64,000 bases of DNA from Eledone cirrhosa (GCA_964016885.1 OZ024743.1:222332001-222396000); one strand, 5' to 3'; positions 12,254 to 25,859 are shown, counted from the first letter of the stretch. The notes: generated by a model not told the origin, from the letters alone. Program-made: numbers and translations.

Positions 12254-13659
12254 TAGAGTTGAGATGGAGTGTCTGTGGTTTTTCTCACATCTGGTTGGTC
12301 TTTGAATGTTACTTGTTTTATATGGGAAAAAGTGGCTCAAAACGCCAGGTTTTTAGAGAAGTAATTTGATTGGTTGGTCAATAAGTATAATAAATTTCGT
12401 GCCAGTTCGCGTTACAAAGTTCTTCAAGCAAGGGAGGGGAGGGGGGTGGGGGGCTCAGGTTGTTTTTTTCATATATGAGTATTTGAATTGCTTTTTACTT
12501 AAAAAAAAGGGGCTCACGAAGGCTTTTTTTTTTTTAAATGTAATTTGATTGGTTATAAATGAAATTATGGCTGTCACGTGAACAAGTTCATTATATTTCG
12601 CGCCCGTATTTGGGAATTTATTTTGTAGCCTTTTAGAGAATTTTATGACAATAAAAAAAGTGGCTCACGAAGAAACAGAAAATACCCAAGAGACGAATAT
12701 TACTCCAGTATTAACTAAACTAATCGAAACCATTGAAACAGCAATGCTCCAAAAGCTGGAACAGCCATTAGAACCCAATCTACGAGATGTCTACTCAGTG
12801 AAAAACACCCTAATCAATATATGGACTCAAAAGCTCACAGCCCGCAAATTCGCCCTTTGGAATCTCATAAAAAATAATGGCAAGGCAGACATATATGAAA
12901 AGTGGCTAAACTCTACCCTAATCATCCTCCTAAAAAAACTCCAGATAAAACCCATCCCGAATGAACCAGAAAACCAACAAAGACTTAGGGAAAAGATGGC
13001 GTTAGAAAAATTTAAAATAGAAATAAAACTGTTACGATTAAGAGCCAACTCCAACGAAGAAAAATTCAAGTCACTCGACCAACAGATGGACACAGAAATC
13101 TCAAGGCACTCTGAAGGCCTACTCCATGAAAAAACCTTAAAACTTTGGAAAGAAAACTGTGAGGATGAAGAACTAACATCCCTCCAGCGATGGGAAAAAA
13201 ACGCCACCTGGTTCAAATACTACGAAATGGATTTCAAAAATGAACAACATACAGGTAACCCATTTTTAAAACAAACTAAAACTCACACACCACATGCACA
13301 ACAAATAACAAAAAAGTAACAAAACATGCACAACAAACAATAAAAAGTAACAAAACGTCCAACATACCCCCAGCAAAACTATAACGATAATCCCAGAACC
13401 CATAGACAAAACTATAACCCTACTAACAAAAACCGAAGATCCCCCAACACAAGACAGCACCCTATCCGCAGATCACAACCCACACAAAACCTATTCCAAA
13501 ACCCTAGACCCCTGCCCACACAGAGCCTGTTCCAAAATCGAAGATCCCAACCCACACAAAGGAACAAAATCTACAACCCGGAATATCAACAAACCGAGCC
13601 TCAATACGTCCGAAACTTCTATACAAGACCACACAACAACAGGGGAAATGCCATTATAT

Positions 13660-13844
13660 ATAATAATTGTTTCTACTTTAGGCACAAGGCCAGCAATTAC
13701 CCAGTGTATTACTGGTACTTTATTTTATCGACCCCGTAAGGATGAAAGGCAAAGTCAACCTTGGCGGGATTTGAACTCAGATCGTAAAGGGACTTAACCA
13801 TGCTGGAAAGCATTGTGTCCGACCCTCTAGCGATACTGCCAATC
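13660..13844 (-). mobile_element. tRNA-derived SINE inserted into the PLE ORF
   Basis: A box TGGCAGTATCG, B box GAGTTCAAATCC, central TTTGCCTTTCATCC...GGGTCGATAAAATAAAGTACCAG domain; many copies in the window. Confidence 0.85.
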
Positions 13845-15658
13845 CAAACAATACCATTGAAAAAACATTCCAGAAAAATCATTTTTTAGACCAAGGCTAC
13901 AGGACCCACGACACCCGGTGGCACAAACCGATTTTGAAAAACCGAAAATAATCAACCTTTCAAATACAAACCTGTCAGCCCAACAAGTAAAAATTCTCTC
14001 CAAAGGACTGAAATTCACACCAACACCACAATACTCTAACCTCAATGAGATAAATGACGATATCTCACACTTTTGTAGAAAATTACGTCTCACATAGGAA
14101 TTCTTTGACAAGGAGAATAACGATCAATCAATTGTACGGAATAAAAGCAGCTACAACCCAACAAAAGGTAGAAACAGAGTTCTGGACAAATTCTGTGACC
14201 ACATAGCCACTTTCCCATACCATGAACTACCGCAACCTAAACCCAAACCCAACACGAGTCGAAGGGAATGAGAGATTATCCATGAACTAAAAAACAATAC
14301 GGACATTATAATTAAGGAAGCGGACAAGGGAAGTACTGTTGTCATTATGGATGCTGAAAAATATAAAAATTCTATGCTCTCTCTCTTACAAAATACTAAT
14401 TACTATGAAAGAGTAAAAAACTACCAGCAATCAAAAACAATGACCAGATTAAACACACTGATTTATCGATACCAGGAAGACTTAACTAAAAAGGAACGCG
14501 ATTATTTAACACATTTTGAATACAAAACCAGCAACCTTTACGGACTTCCGAAGATCCACAAGTGTAAAATAATTAACGATGCCTGTAAACAATCCACCTC
14601 AGCCTGTGTGAACACACAATACCCCACAGACCTTAAATTAAGACCAATTGTAGCGGGCCCACAATGTGAAACACACAGACTGAGCAACTTTATAGACATA
14701 CTACTAAAACCAATTCTCAAACACATACCAAACCTTGTAAGAGACGATCTGGACCTCTTAAACCACCTCCCCAAACATGTCAACAACGATACTATTATTG
14801 TGTCTTTCGATGTAGTGAATCTCTACACAACGATCCCACACCAATACGGACTACAAGCAATAGGATTCTGGCTAGAGAAATATCCCAATTAGATACCTGA
14901 CAGAATAGAAAAAAGCTTCATCACCGAGGGATTAAAATTTATCTTACAGAACAACTTTTTTGATTTCGATGGCAGTACTTACAAGCAAATATCGGGGACT
15001 GCGGTGGGTACAAAAGCCGCTCCGACATATGCCAACTTGGTCATGGCATACTTAGAAGTCCAGATTTATGAACAGTCCAAATCAAAATATTTATCAGAGA
15101 ATTGGAAACGCTACTTGGATGATTGTCTCATTCTTTGGTCCCACACACTCAACCAACTGAATGATTTCAAAAATTTAATAAGCGGCATCAATAACCACAT
15201 CCAATTCACAATGGAATGCAGCTAAGATCAACTCCCATTTCTGGACATCTTAATCTTTAAAAAAAGACACAAATATTCAAACTGACATACACTATAAACC
15301 AACAGATTCCAAACAATACCTGCTATTCACCTCCAACCATCCAAAGCACACGAAGACGAACATTCCTTTTAACCAAGCAAGATAATTTGCACAATTGTCT
15401 CCAATTATGAAACGCGAAATAAAATACTTCAAGAATTAAAGGAAACTCTACTCGAAAGACAGTACCCACTATTACTAATTACTAACAAATAATGGAATAG
15501 AAAGGGCTAAAGTAATAGGCATTGATGAATTACAAAAACAAAAACAAATTCAAGGTACGTCCAATATTCTATCATATATCTCAACACACAACCCAAGAAA
15601 TGCGGTAGCTTACAACACTATTCACAAGAACATCCCACTACTGAAACAAGACCCAAGA

Positions 15659-16174
15659 ATGAAAAAAGCCCTTGAAACACACAAAATAATCAAAAGCAAA
15701 AGACAACCAAAATCACTGAAAACATTACTCACCAATGCCAAATTACCTACCAAAAACCCACAACCAACTGTCAAAAAATGTGGTCGCTCTAATTGTGGAA
15801 CCTGCACTCACCTCGTTGAAGGCAACACGTATATATTTAAATCAGGACAACATTTTGCTGTAAAAAGTCACTTCACTTGCTCATCAAAAAATCTAATTTA
15901 TGCCATTAAATGTAAAGGATGCAATGAAGATTATATAGGACAAACTAAACTGACACTCAGAAATAGAATGACAATTCATCGCCAACAATTACGAGATCCA
16001 ACCACGAGACAGATACCACTAAGCGCACATCTAGACATTTGCGCAAGTAATAAGACACCCAAATTCCAAGTCTTCCCATTTTACCTTTGCGCTGACAATA
16101 CAACAGAACAAATACGAATAAATAAGGAAAATATGTTTATTCAAAAATATAGACCAGCATTAAATATGGTTTAA
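15659..16174 (+). CDS. GIY-YIG endonuclease domain of the PLE
   Basis: LIY/YIG motifs, R..H, conserved E and final LN. Confidence 0.85.
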   Translation: MKKALETHKIIKSKRQPKSLKTLLTNAKLPTKNPQPTVKKCGRSNCGTCTHLVEGNTYIFKSGQHFAVKSHFTCSSKNLIYAIKCKGCNEDYIGQTKLTLRNRMTIHRQQLRDPTTRQIPLSAHLDICASNKTPKFQVFPFYLCADNTTEQIRINKENMFIQKYRPALNMV

Positions 16175-16799
16175 TATACATTATGTCAACACCATAACAT
16201 GCTAACCATCCAAACAGACACATACACACACACATAACACCTTCTACTTTAGAAAATAAAAACCCGAACTAAATAAACTTTAATATACGTTTGCGCTGAC
16301 AATACAACAGAACAAATACGAATAAGTAAGGAAAATATGTTCATTCAAAAATATTCCTACTAACGGAATCATTTTCTTACACACACACACACACACACAT
16401 ACAAAATATATATTCTCTTCATCTTAACATGCTAACCATACTACCACACACACATAACACCCATACACACACACACATAACACCCCCACACACACAACTC
16501 CCTCCCCCATTTCTACTAAGAGAATCACTTTCCTACACACACACAAAATATATATATTCTCTCCATATTAACATACTCCCCCACACACACACATAACACC
16601 CATATACACACACACACAACTCCCTCCCCCATTTCTACCAATAGAATCATCTTCCTATACACACACACACAAACACACAAATAAACATACATATGTCTAC
16701 TTTCTTTATTTCAATAGAAAATCTGAACTCTGACACCCCAGCGAACTAGCCATATTCACTGAACCAGAACAATTCTCCCATCCCATTTCTCTTGACCAT

Positions 16800-17240
16800 T
16801 CTTTTGCTTGTCATAAAATTCTCTAAATGGCTACAAAAGAAATTCCCAAATACGGGCGCGGAACTTGTTCACGTAACAGTCATAATTTCATTTATAACCA
16901 ATCAAATTGCATTTAAAAAAAAAAAGCCTTCGGTAGCCACTTTTTTTATTGTCATAAAATTCTGTAAAAGGCTACAAAATAAATTCCCAAATACGGGCGC
17001 GAATTTTTAATGAACTTGTTCACGTGACAGCCATAATTTCATTTATAACCAATCAAATTACATTTTTAAAAAAAAGCCTTCGTGAGCCACTTTTTTTATT
17101 GTCATAAAATTCTCTAAAATGATACAAAATAAATTCCCAAATACGGGCGCAAAATTTAATGAACTTGTTCACGTGACAACCATAATTTCATTTATAGCCA
17201 ATCAAATTACATTTTTTAAAAAAAAGCCTTCGTGAGCCCC
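16800..17240. repeat. ~120-bp tandem repeat (about 3.5 copies) in the PLE pLTR
   Basis: Repeated ttgtcataaaattct...ttcccaaatacgggcgc...gttcacgtgac...ccaatcaaatt...aagccttcg. Confidence 0.85.
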
Positions 17241-17544
17241 TTTTTTTAAGTAAAAAGTAATTCAAACATTCATATATGAAAAAACAACCTGAGCCCCCCC
17301 CCCCCCCCTCCTTGTTTGAAGAACTTTGTAACGCGAACTGGCACGAAATTTATTATACTTATTGACCAACCAGATGTGAGAAAAACAATAGACCCTCCAT
17401 CTCAACTCTACTTTTGAAAAGCAGAAGAACTGCGAAACCGGCAAAGGAACCAAATAAATATATATATTTTTTTAAAATAAGACTCCAGTTGCATTTTCGA
17501 TTTCATCTTTTTTTCTTTATATGTATATATATATATATATATAT

Positions 17545-17761
17545 AACGAAGGAAATGTGGTAAGGAACCAGATGGACCATAACGCACCAAATTACTCAAT
17601 ACTTAGGGTAGTAGAGTGGGTAATAGGAACGAGTAGGACCCCGACGGCTTGAGCTCAGCCGTCGGGGTCCTACTCGTTCCTATTACCCACTCTACTACCC
17701 TAAGTATTGAGTAATTTGGTGCGTTATGGTCCATCTGGTTCCTTACCACATTTCCTTCGTT
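17545..17761. repeat. Near-spacerless palindrome (~105-bp arms) between (TA)n tracts
   Basis: Arms are exact reverse complements around ...ggct t gagctc agcc... Confidence 0.95.
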
Positions 17762-18067
17762 ATATATATATATATATATATATATTTATAATACGAAAGT
17801 TGGCTGAAAAGTTCATAGACTGACCAAGATTCTCTCGTGGAATTTTAGTTACAATTTTTTACATTCTGCAAGTGGTTTCACTAAATTATTGGTCATACTT
17901 TCAACCCAACAAGGTAGATACATAAGCATACTAAGTAAGCTTCTGTCATTTTACCATTAAAAGTAGTGATTCCTGTCACAAGGGCAGTGGAGGCATTTCT
18001 GAATTGGTGGTTGAATTGGGTCAATTTAGTTTTAGTAGTTAGTTTAGCTGTTATTATCAAATATCAA

Positions 18068-18222
18068 TGGCGGTGGATTGGCAGTATCGAGTTACGGCCC
18101 TTTATGGTCTGAGTTCAAATCCCGCCGAGGTTAACTTTGCCATTCATCCTTACGGGGTCGATAAAATAAAGTACCAGTAATACACTGGGATAATTGCTGG
18201 CCTTGTGCCTAAAGTAGAAACA
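18068..18222 (+). mobile_element. SINE copy with internal deletion and ~15-bp TSD attatcaaatatcaa
   Basis: Same family as 13660; TSD seen on both sides. Confidence 0.85.
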
Positions 18223-19585
18223 ATTATCAAATATCAACCAAGATATAAAAAAAATCTTTGATATGTGATAAACATAACATGTACATAAATTGTAGTGTAT
18301 ATACAAATGTGTCTTTTGGTAGTTATGGGGAGAAAAATATAATTATGGGCAGGTGGCATTATGAGTGGTGAATGTTTACAATAACTTACATCTTACACTC
18401 CTTTCCAGTAGTGTCAAATAACACATGTGACCAACAATATACTCCACCCTCCTTCTTTGAGCCAGTTACTTCTTTCAGCTCTTTCATCATTTCGAAGAAT
18501 TACCACATATGTTTATTTCTTTCATTTTGAATTTCTCTTGGGTTCTCTCTCAGCTCAATTTCTCCAGATGTTTCCTCACTTTAAAGTTTGTTTTTGTGTC
18601 CTTCTTTTCCTTCTGAAAATACCCACCATAGTGCTATGTAATAGCTAACAAAATTCATTTTCCTTCTCGCACACAAAATATACATATGGGACACCATTAA
18701 AAATATTCTAGACTTTTCTAAAGTTCAGCATGTGGCTTTCCTTGGTTGTTTTTGTCTAAATTCCATTGAAGGAGTGGAGTCTTGTTTATGAATTACAGGC
18801 TGGTTCCTTTGCTGGAGAATTTTTAAGAATAAAAGTGAAACAAACAGAAATATAAAATAGAATCTAAACCTTCTCTCTCCCCAGAATATAAACCTTCTCC
18901 TTCTTCAGAATGTAAACCACACCCTACAGTAATGTTAAATCTTTCACATGCCACAATGATCTTGGGTGGGGTAAAAGTTTGGTTTAATACCTATTTGTGC
19001 AGAATTAAGTAAATGAAAACCAAATCTCCAGTGTACTACAAATAAAATTTTCCCCAACATCTGATATGTATTCCATCACAACTTGGCAAATTGAGAAAAA
19101 AATAATCTGCTTAATATCTTTCAGAAGTGTGAAATAAGAATTGACATAATTGTTTGGTGACCTGTCTGGGTACATAGTTCTTGTTTCAGTATAGAATCCT
19201 AAACTGATATTCAACATTTGTTTCAGTATAAAATCCTAAACCATTATTCGCTTACTGAATAATATCATTTAGTGATGTTTGCTCAGATTTATTTGACTTG
19301 ATCACACCCTCCATTTCAATCTTATATAAGATTTGGCAGGTCAGCAGGGCAACAGAGCTGGTTGTTGAAGGTTTTTGCTGAGCAACTGTCACTTGTATGT
19401 CCATAGGAATATATCATTAATGTGTTCTGTGTGAATAAGACACGGTCATCTGATCTGACTTGTCTCACAACAGGACAACCCATCTAACCCATGTTAGAGT
19501 GGAAAATGGATGTTAAATGGGGATGATGATGATGATCTCCAACCATATCCTGCAAATCAAGTGACTCCTTATAACATCAATTATT

Positions 19586-19801
19586 GGTTTCTTATATAGG
19601 CACAAGGCCAGCAATTTTGGGGGAGGGGAAAGTCGATTAAATCGATCCCAGTGTGTGACTGGTACTTTATTTTATCGACCTCATAAGGATGAAAGGCAAC
19701 GTTAACCTGGGCGGGATTTGAACTCAGATCATAAAGGGCTGTAACACTATGTTGCAAAGCATGGCATCCAACCCTCTACCGATACTGCCAATCCACCGCC
19801 C
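19586..19801 (-). mobile_element. SINE copy with 16-bp TSD tataacatcaattatt
   Basis: Family sequence plus TSD. Confidence 0.88.
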
Positions 19802-19959
19802 TATAACATCAATTATTAAAAAGCATCGTTAGTTATTACACTACACCATGTAGCCAGTATTTAATTAGAATAAAGTACATCTCGTTAGTTATTACACTTC
19901 ACCATGTAGCCAACAGTTAATCAGAAGAACATGATCCTCAGCTAATAATTAGCATATAG

Positions 19960-20420
19960 TCATCATCATCATCATCATCATCATCATGCTCCCACAACAG
20001 GTGCAGCCAGACGTTAGGTTGCCACTCTAGATGCTTTTGCAGTCAGTCATTGCCATTGGTCTCTGTTCTCCATCATGCATAGAAGTTTCTCAGCATTTTG
20101 ACCAGTCCAGTTTTTAATGTTCTCGGCTCAAGATTTTCTTTGTCTGACTCTTCTTCGCATTCTCTCAACTGCCCCAAAGGATGATTTTGGATAAGGAGTT
20201 GTGGTGGGATACATGACCATACCAGGCAAGCTTCCATCTTTTCACCATTGAAAGAAGTTGTTCCTGTCTGCCAGCATATTTGTTAACTTGCTGCCTGACA
20301 AAGCTGTTTGTTTTGTGCTCCGTGTAAGGGATATGTAGCAACCTTCTGAAGCACTTGTGTTTGAATGACTGGATTCTTCATTCCATGTGAGCTGTGAGAA
20401 GTCAACTCTTGTACTCATAA
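19960..20420 (-). mobile_element. Decayed RTE 3' fragment from another family; (GAT)n tail
   Basis: KLAWYGHV..LSKIIL..RRRVRQRKS..NIKNWTG-like translation. Confidence 0.7.
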
Positions 20421-20448
20421 AGCATATAATGCGACTAATTAATAATAA

Positions 20449-20634
20449 TTATTTCTACTTTTGGCACAAGACCAGCAATTACGCCAGTGCATTACTGGTA
20501 CTTTATTTTATCGACCCCCGTAAGGAAGAAAGGCAAAGTTAACCTCGGTGAGATTTTAACTCAGACTGTAAAGGGACGTAACTCTATGCTGCAGAGCATG
20601 GCGTCCGACCCTCTACCGATACTACCAATCCACC
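20449..20634 (-). mobile_element. SINE copy with TSD actaattaata(a/g)taat
   Basis: Family sequence plus TSD. Confidence 0.85.
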
Positions 20635-22567
20635 AACTAATTAATAGTAATGATTCTTATATTGAGAGTGAGAGGTGTAAATTTGTAGGGGAAGTGGGTA
20701 ATATTCATTAAATCAATCTCAGGACATTAGTGTGCTTTAACAACCCTAAAGGAATGAAAGACTAAGTAGGCAACCGGTCATGGCTGTAGATTTTAAAGTG
20801 TTCATATTTATCTAAAAAGCTTTCCATCATAATATTATATAAAATCTTTTGTTAAGTTATGCTCCAAACACCATTTTAAGCACAAAAATATTCTTTTTGA
20901 TGTAAAAAAAATGTTTTCGCTATTTACTACACATGCAATATGTAAGTACAAAGTACAAAAAAAATTTATTGATGTAAATTCTTTTTGTTGTGTACTATAC
21001 ACGATACATATATATAAAATAAAAACACATTACGTGCTTTTTTTTCAAATCTTTATCATTTTTCTATATAACAGGATTTGTTTAGAAATCACTAATCTTT
21101 CAACACTTTGTTTTTATCTCTCTTTCTCTCTCTTTTTCTCTGTATATATATATCTGTTAGAACACGAAAAGTGTGAAACAACAGAATGTTCACTTTTCGT
21201 GTTCTAACATATATGCGTAGCTTCTTAAAAATTTTTTCGGGGATAGCCGTGGTGGTGGTGATCGTATGTCATTGGCTAATTTTCAACCAATCAGAGTACC
21301 TCTCTCTATATCTCTTCCACTGTTACTTACGCCTGTTTCTCTCTATCTGTTCCGTCTCTATATATATATCTTACTCTTTCGCTTTGCACTCCTCCCCTTC
21401 AATACCATCTCTCCCCCTCTCTATATATTTGTTACTCTATCGCTGCACGCTCCTCTCCTTCAATATATCAATTACACACGCTTTACACTCCTTTATCCCC
21501 AGCGCCCCTATATATACACCCCCCCCTCTCCCGCATCTATATTTTAATGTACCGTTGCACCGTGAATATATGTGTCTATATATATATACATATATATTGT
21601 ATATACACATTCATGTATGTGTATACACACTCATGTATGTATATACACTGGTTTTATGTGTGTATTGTAAATTTGTACTGTTAAAACACGAAACTAACAT
21701 TCGATTGACACTTTGATTACCTGTACAGGCAATAGTTATTAGAATGCTGTTGAAGTGTGTATATATTTTTGGGGGACATCCTGTATATACACACATTATA
21801 TATAATACAATAAACAGATAAATACACACATATATATATGAGCTTATTTAATTATAAATATTGTGAATTTTTAACTCGGTTCAATTATATATATAAATGG
21901 TTTCTACAGGACTAGAACTGTTTCATTCGAAAGAAATCATCATAATATTGAGAGGGGGGACTAGATAAAATATTTCAAATCAAATGTATATAAGTTATAA
22001 GTTAAAATGTATAAATAGAGACGATAGTGGAGGTATATCTGTTTAGTGGAACAGTAGACGATAGAATTAAATACAGACGATAATCTCCCTTTAATGAAAC
22101 AGCAGACGATAGAATTAAGGCAATTTAAATTTTAAGCATTTGCATTTTTGCCTTTCATCGTTACGGGGTCGATAAAATAAAGTACCAGTAATACACTGTC
22201 ACTAGACGACTTTCAAATTGAATTGTTGGTTCCATTTCTTTAGTATTTTCAATTGTAGTTATCTACTTAAAAAGCGTTACACGGTTAGAGACATAATTCG
22301 TAAGTTATATCTTCCCTATTAAACCATTGCATTATTTCGCCTACAATAGAACAAAAATGAAATGTTCTTTAAAGAAACAGGAATATAACTTTATAAAAAA
22401 AAAAGTTGCATCCGCTTCTTTTATCATTGATAATTTTTTCGTTTTAATATTAATTGTTTTTTGTAGTTGTTTATATTAAAAATCTTACTGTAATATTTAC
22501 TTAAACGAAGGCAAACATCTAAACTTATAGATTAATCTTGAGCGAAGGACTAGATAAATCTCTCTCC

Positions 22568-22608
<41 letters not shown>

Positions 22609-22994
22609 AACGAAGAATGATAAAATTTCAAGCAAAGAGTTTAATTAGGTATATTTTGTAATATTATTAACTAATTATTATAATTAACGCGCATATTTTG
22701 CTATCCTCAAACACGTTTACACATGGCATGAAATATAACTAATCCGAGATGGCTCGGTTTCATCTTCTAACTGGATATACGAAATCCATTATGTCTTGAC
22801 AACAACATGAGGTAACATTATGTTATTCACAGACACACTTTGTACACTGTTCCATATCAGAATGTATTTCCTTCGTCACATTCACAAACAGTATTGAAAA
22901 TATGTTCTTCGGCAAATAAAAATGTTTTGTTCATAATATTTCAACTAGCGATTGCTCTACTCCACGCACGACCACCATAAATTAATGACCAGCT

Positions 22995-23172
22995 CAACAC
23001 AAGTATTGGTAGAGCGTCAGACACCATGCTTTGCAGTATTGTTATGGTCCTTTGCATTCTAAGTTCAAATCCTGCCGAGGTTAACTTCGACTTTCATACT
23101 TACTAATTCGATAAAATAAAGTACCAGTAATGGACTGCCGTAATGGATTTGTGCCGAAAAATAGAAACACTA
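22995..23172 (+). mobile_element. Diverged SINE copy
   Basis: B box and central domain recognisable. Confidence 0.7.
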
Positions 23173-23725
23173 TTAATGTGCAATAAGAGCAAAATATAAC
23201 GACATTGCTCAATTATTTTATCTAATGTTGTAATAACACAAGGAAATGTTGTTTGTGTATTTTTTTTTATATTTGCTCATAGGCTTTTACAATTTCGCTC
23301 AGCCAACAACTATTAAAAAGTGAGTTGCTTAAGATAACAATTTAATCACAAATTGTTGCTATCTTTTAATACACTCCAACAAGTCATCAAATTATGTACA
23401 ATAAAAACAAATCTTATTAATTTGCTCAGGGAATATAAAGAAAATGTATATACACTGATAATTGCAATTGTATGTAAATATTTTGTTTTTGTATTGTATA
23501 TTTTATGTTTTCTATTATGTATAATATATTGATTTAATATTGATTGTTTTTTGTAGTTGTTTATATTAAAAGTCTGAAAATATTTTTATACATCTTACAC
23601 TAATATTTATAAGATAATTTATAATAACAATTACATAATCTAATTACATTACAACGATAATTTATTATTAATATATATCCTGTTTAACTAGAGTTATTAC
23701 AAGCGTTGCCTTAAAAAAATATTAA

Positions 23726-24682
23726 ACTAGACATGAAAAATGCGCAAGCTCAAAAGTGCCACAGAATGTTATAATAAACCTTCAAAAGTGTGGGACTAGA
23801 GTTGTTGCTAAAAAATATTGTAATCATTATATATCGTACATTCTGTGGCATCCTTTATAAAAATAGCTTAAACCAACGAAGCCTTTATTTTTACGCTATT
23901 TCACTTAGTTAATTCTTAGAGTGTAACATATAAAAATAAATACATCTATGTTTAATGTAATAACAGCTATAAATAATTACGTAATATTATTATCATATAC
24001 TCATAGTAACAAAATAATTGTGTTGAAACTTAATATGATGCTTATATGAACGATCAAATCTATAATGATAATTTCTTAAATATACTAATAGTAAAATAAT
24101 TTAGTTATCTATTGTTACATTTTCATAGAACTATAATATTAACAATCGTATTGCATTATCAAATTTTTATCACTACAAACTTTCATATTGGAATTACCTT
24201 AAGCCACTTATTATTACTTCGCTTTCGTACTTTTACAGCTGTAGATATTGCGCTGTATCTTATATCTAATATCAATATCTCGTGGTAATTTGCATGAAGT
24301 GTAAAATAGGTTTATTAATAACTTTAATATGAAATGTATTATACAGGGCTGCGGAGTCGGCCAAAAATTGACTGGCTCCAACTCAGGATCCGATACTCCA
24401 TTATTTCCTAAATTTCAGCTCCGCAGCTCTGTTATTATATTAATTAATTTATTTTATAGTTGTAAATGATATTTTTATATGTTACACTCTAAGAATTAAC
24501 TAAGTGAAATAGCGTAAAAATAAAGGCTTCGTTGGTTTAAGCTATTTTTATAAAGGATGCCACAGAATGTACGATATATAATGATTACAATATTTTTTAG
24601 CAACAACTCTAGTCCCACACTTTTGAAGGTTTATTATAACATTCTGTGGCACTTTTGAGCTTGCGCATTTTTCATGTCTAGT
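23726..24682. mobile_element. Non-autonomous element with ~210-bp terminal inverted repeats (~23726-23938 and ~24470-24682)
   Basis: Arms essentially identical; AT-rich non-coding interior. Confidence 0.8.
24344..24431. mobile_element. Small hAT-type MITE nested in the long-TIR element
   Basis: CAGGGCTGCGGAG...CTCCGCAGCTCTG termini; 8-bp near-TSD gtattata/ttattata. Confidence 0.7.
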
Positions 24683-24728
24683 ATATATATGGTGGGTATG
24701 TATGTCTTCCAACAATTTGTTTGATTTC

Positions 24729-24773
<45 letters not shown>

Positions 24774-25634
24774 CAAACACTCATATATATGTGTGTGTGT
24801 ATGTATATTTGTAAGTGTATATATGTATGAATGTGTCTGATTTCTTTTATACTTATACTTCTGAAGTATTACAATCACTATTTTATTCTGAAATTCATCT
24901 ATCTCCCCTGTAACTACATCTTAAGTTATTATAAGTTTCTTAGCAACTAAAGCTTCACATTACTATAGATGTTTTATTACTGTAGCATGCTTCCATACAT
25001 TTTTATTGTTTTTCTTAAAGTATTCTATAAATATTAATTTTAACTTCAGTTAATAAGTGTAATTGAACTTATAGGTTCTAGTTGTATACCTATAACTCTA
25101 TTGTAGTGAGTAATATCTGTGTATCAGTGTGTAATAGTTAACAAAATATATTTAGTTACTGAACGTTATATTTTATTCTTATATCACTGAAAATTTTAAC
25201 TACGTCTTTAGCTCCCATAAATTTTCACATTTTCCCATCAATATTTGAATACTATTGTTTATAATTATAAATTATAAATTATAAGCTTTCAAACATGCTC
25301 CCATGTACGGCAACACTCATCTTTTTCCATTTCTCCGAGGGTTATAAACCCCACTATCAGGCTAGAAATTTCTTTAGTCTAAAATACCTTGAAAGCTTAT
25401 AATTTATAATTTATAATTTCAAACTCGCGCACCATTTCAAAAACATACTTACATGTTTACGTTTACTATTGTTTATACTTTATTCACTCTTTTTCCCAAT
25501 GGAATTCTTGAACATGTAAAGTATTTATTTATTTATCTATTCTGATGGGTTATTATAACAGGAATGAATATTCTGGTTAGTCTAACGAAATGCTTTAACT
25601 GCTTTATCTAAAATCCTTGTTAATCTTTGTTCTT

Positions 25635-25682
<48 letters not shown>

Positions 25683-25859
25683 GAGAGAGAGATAGAGTAT
25701 ATATAGAGAGAGAGTCTGCAGTACTGAGACCAGGGAGACCACTAATCATGAGAGTACTCAATGCATGGACAGATGCAGAGTGGGTATAGAGATATTTACA
25801 ATGCCGACCGTGGTGTTGCAGTCCAGATTTTACGAATCCATACGTATATACATGCAGAA

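Larger units (their letters stand above)
12083..17521 (+). mobile_element. Penelope-like element (Neptune-type) with inverted pLTRs (~12144-12670 and ~17078-17521); pseudogenised
   Basis: LSKGLKFTP, IKEADKGS, YGLPKIHK, LRPIV, SFDVVNLYT, GTAVGT..APTYAN, WKRYLDD, LPFLD; Cys linker CGRSNCGTC; GIY-YIG NLIYAIKC..DYIGQT; multiple stops and frameshifts. Confidence 0.92.

Noticed and set aside
13660-13844. tRNA gene from A/B boxes
   Set aside because: No cloverleaf; multi-copy SINE head.
18390-18830. Candidate minus-strand exons
   Set aside because: All frames after plausible acceptors hit stops.
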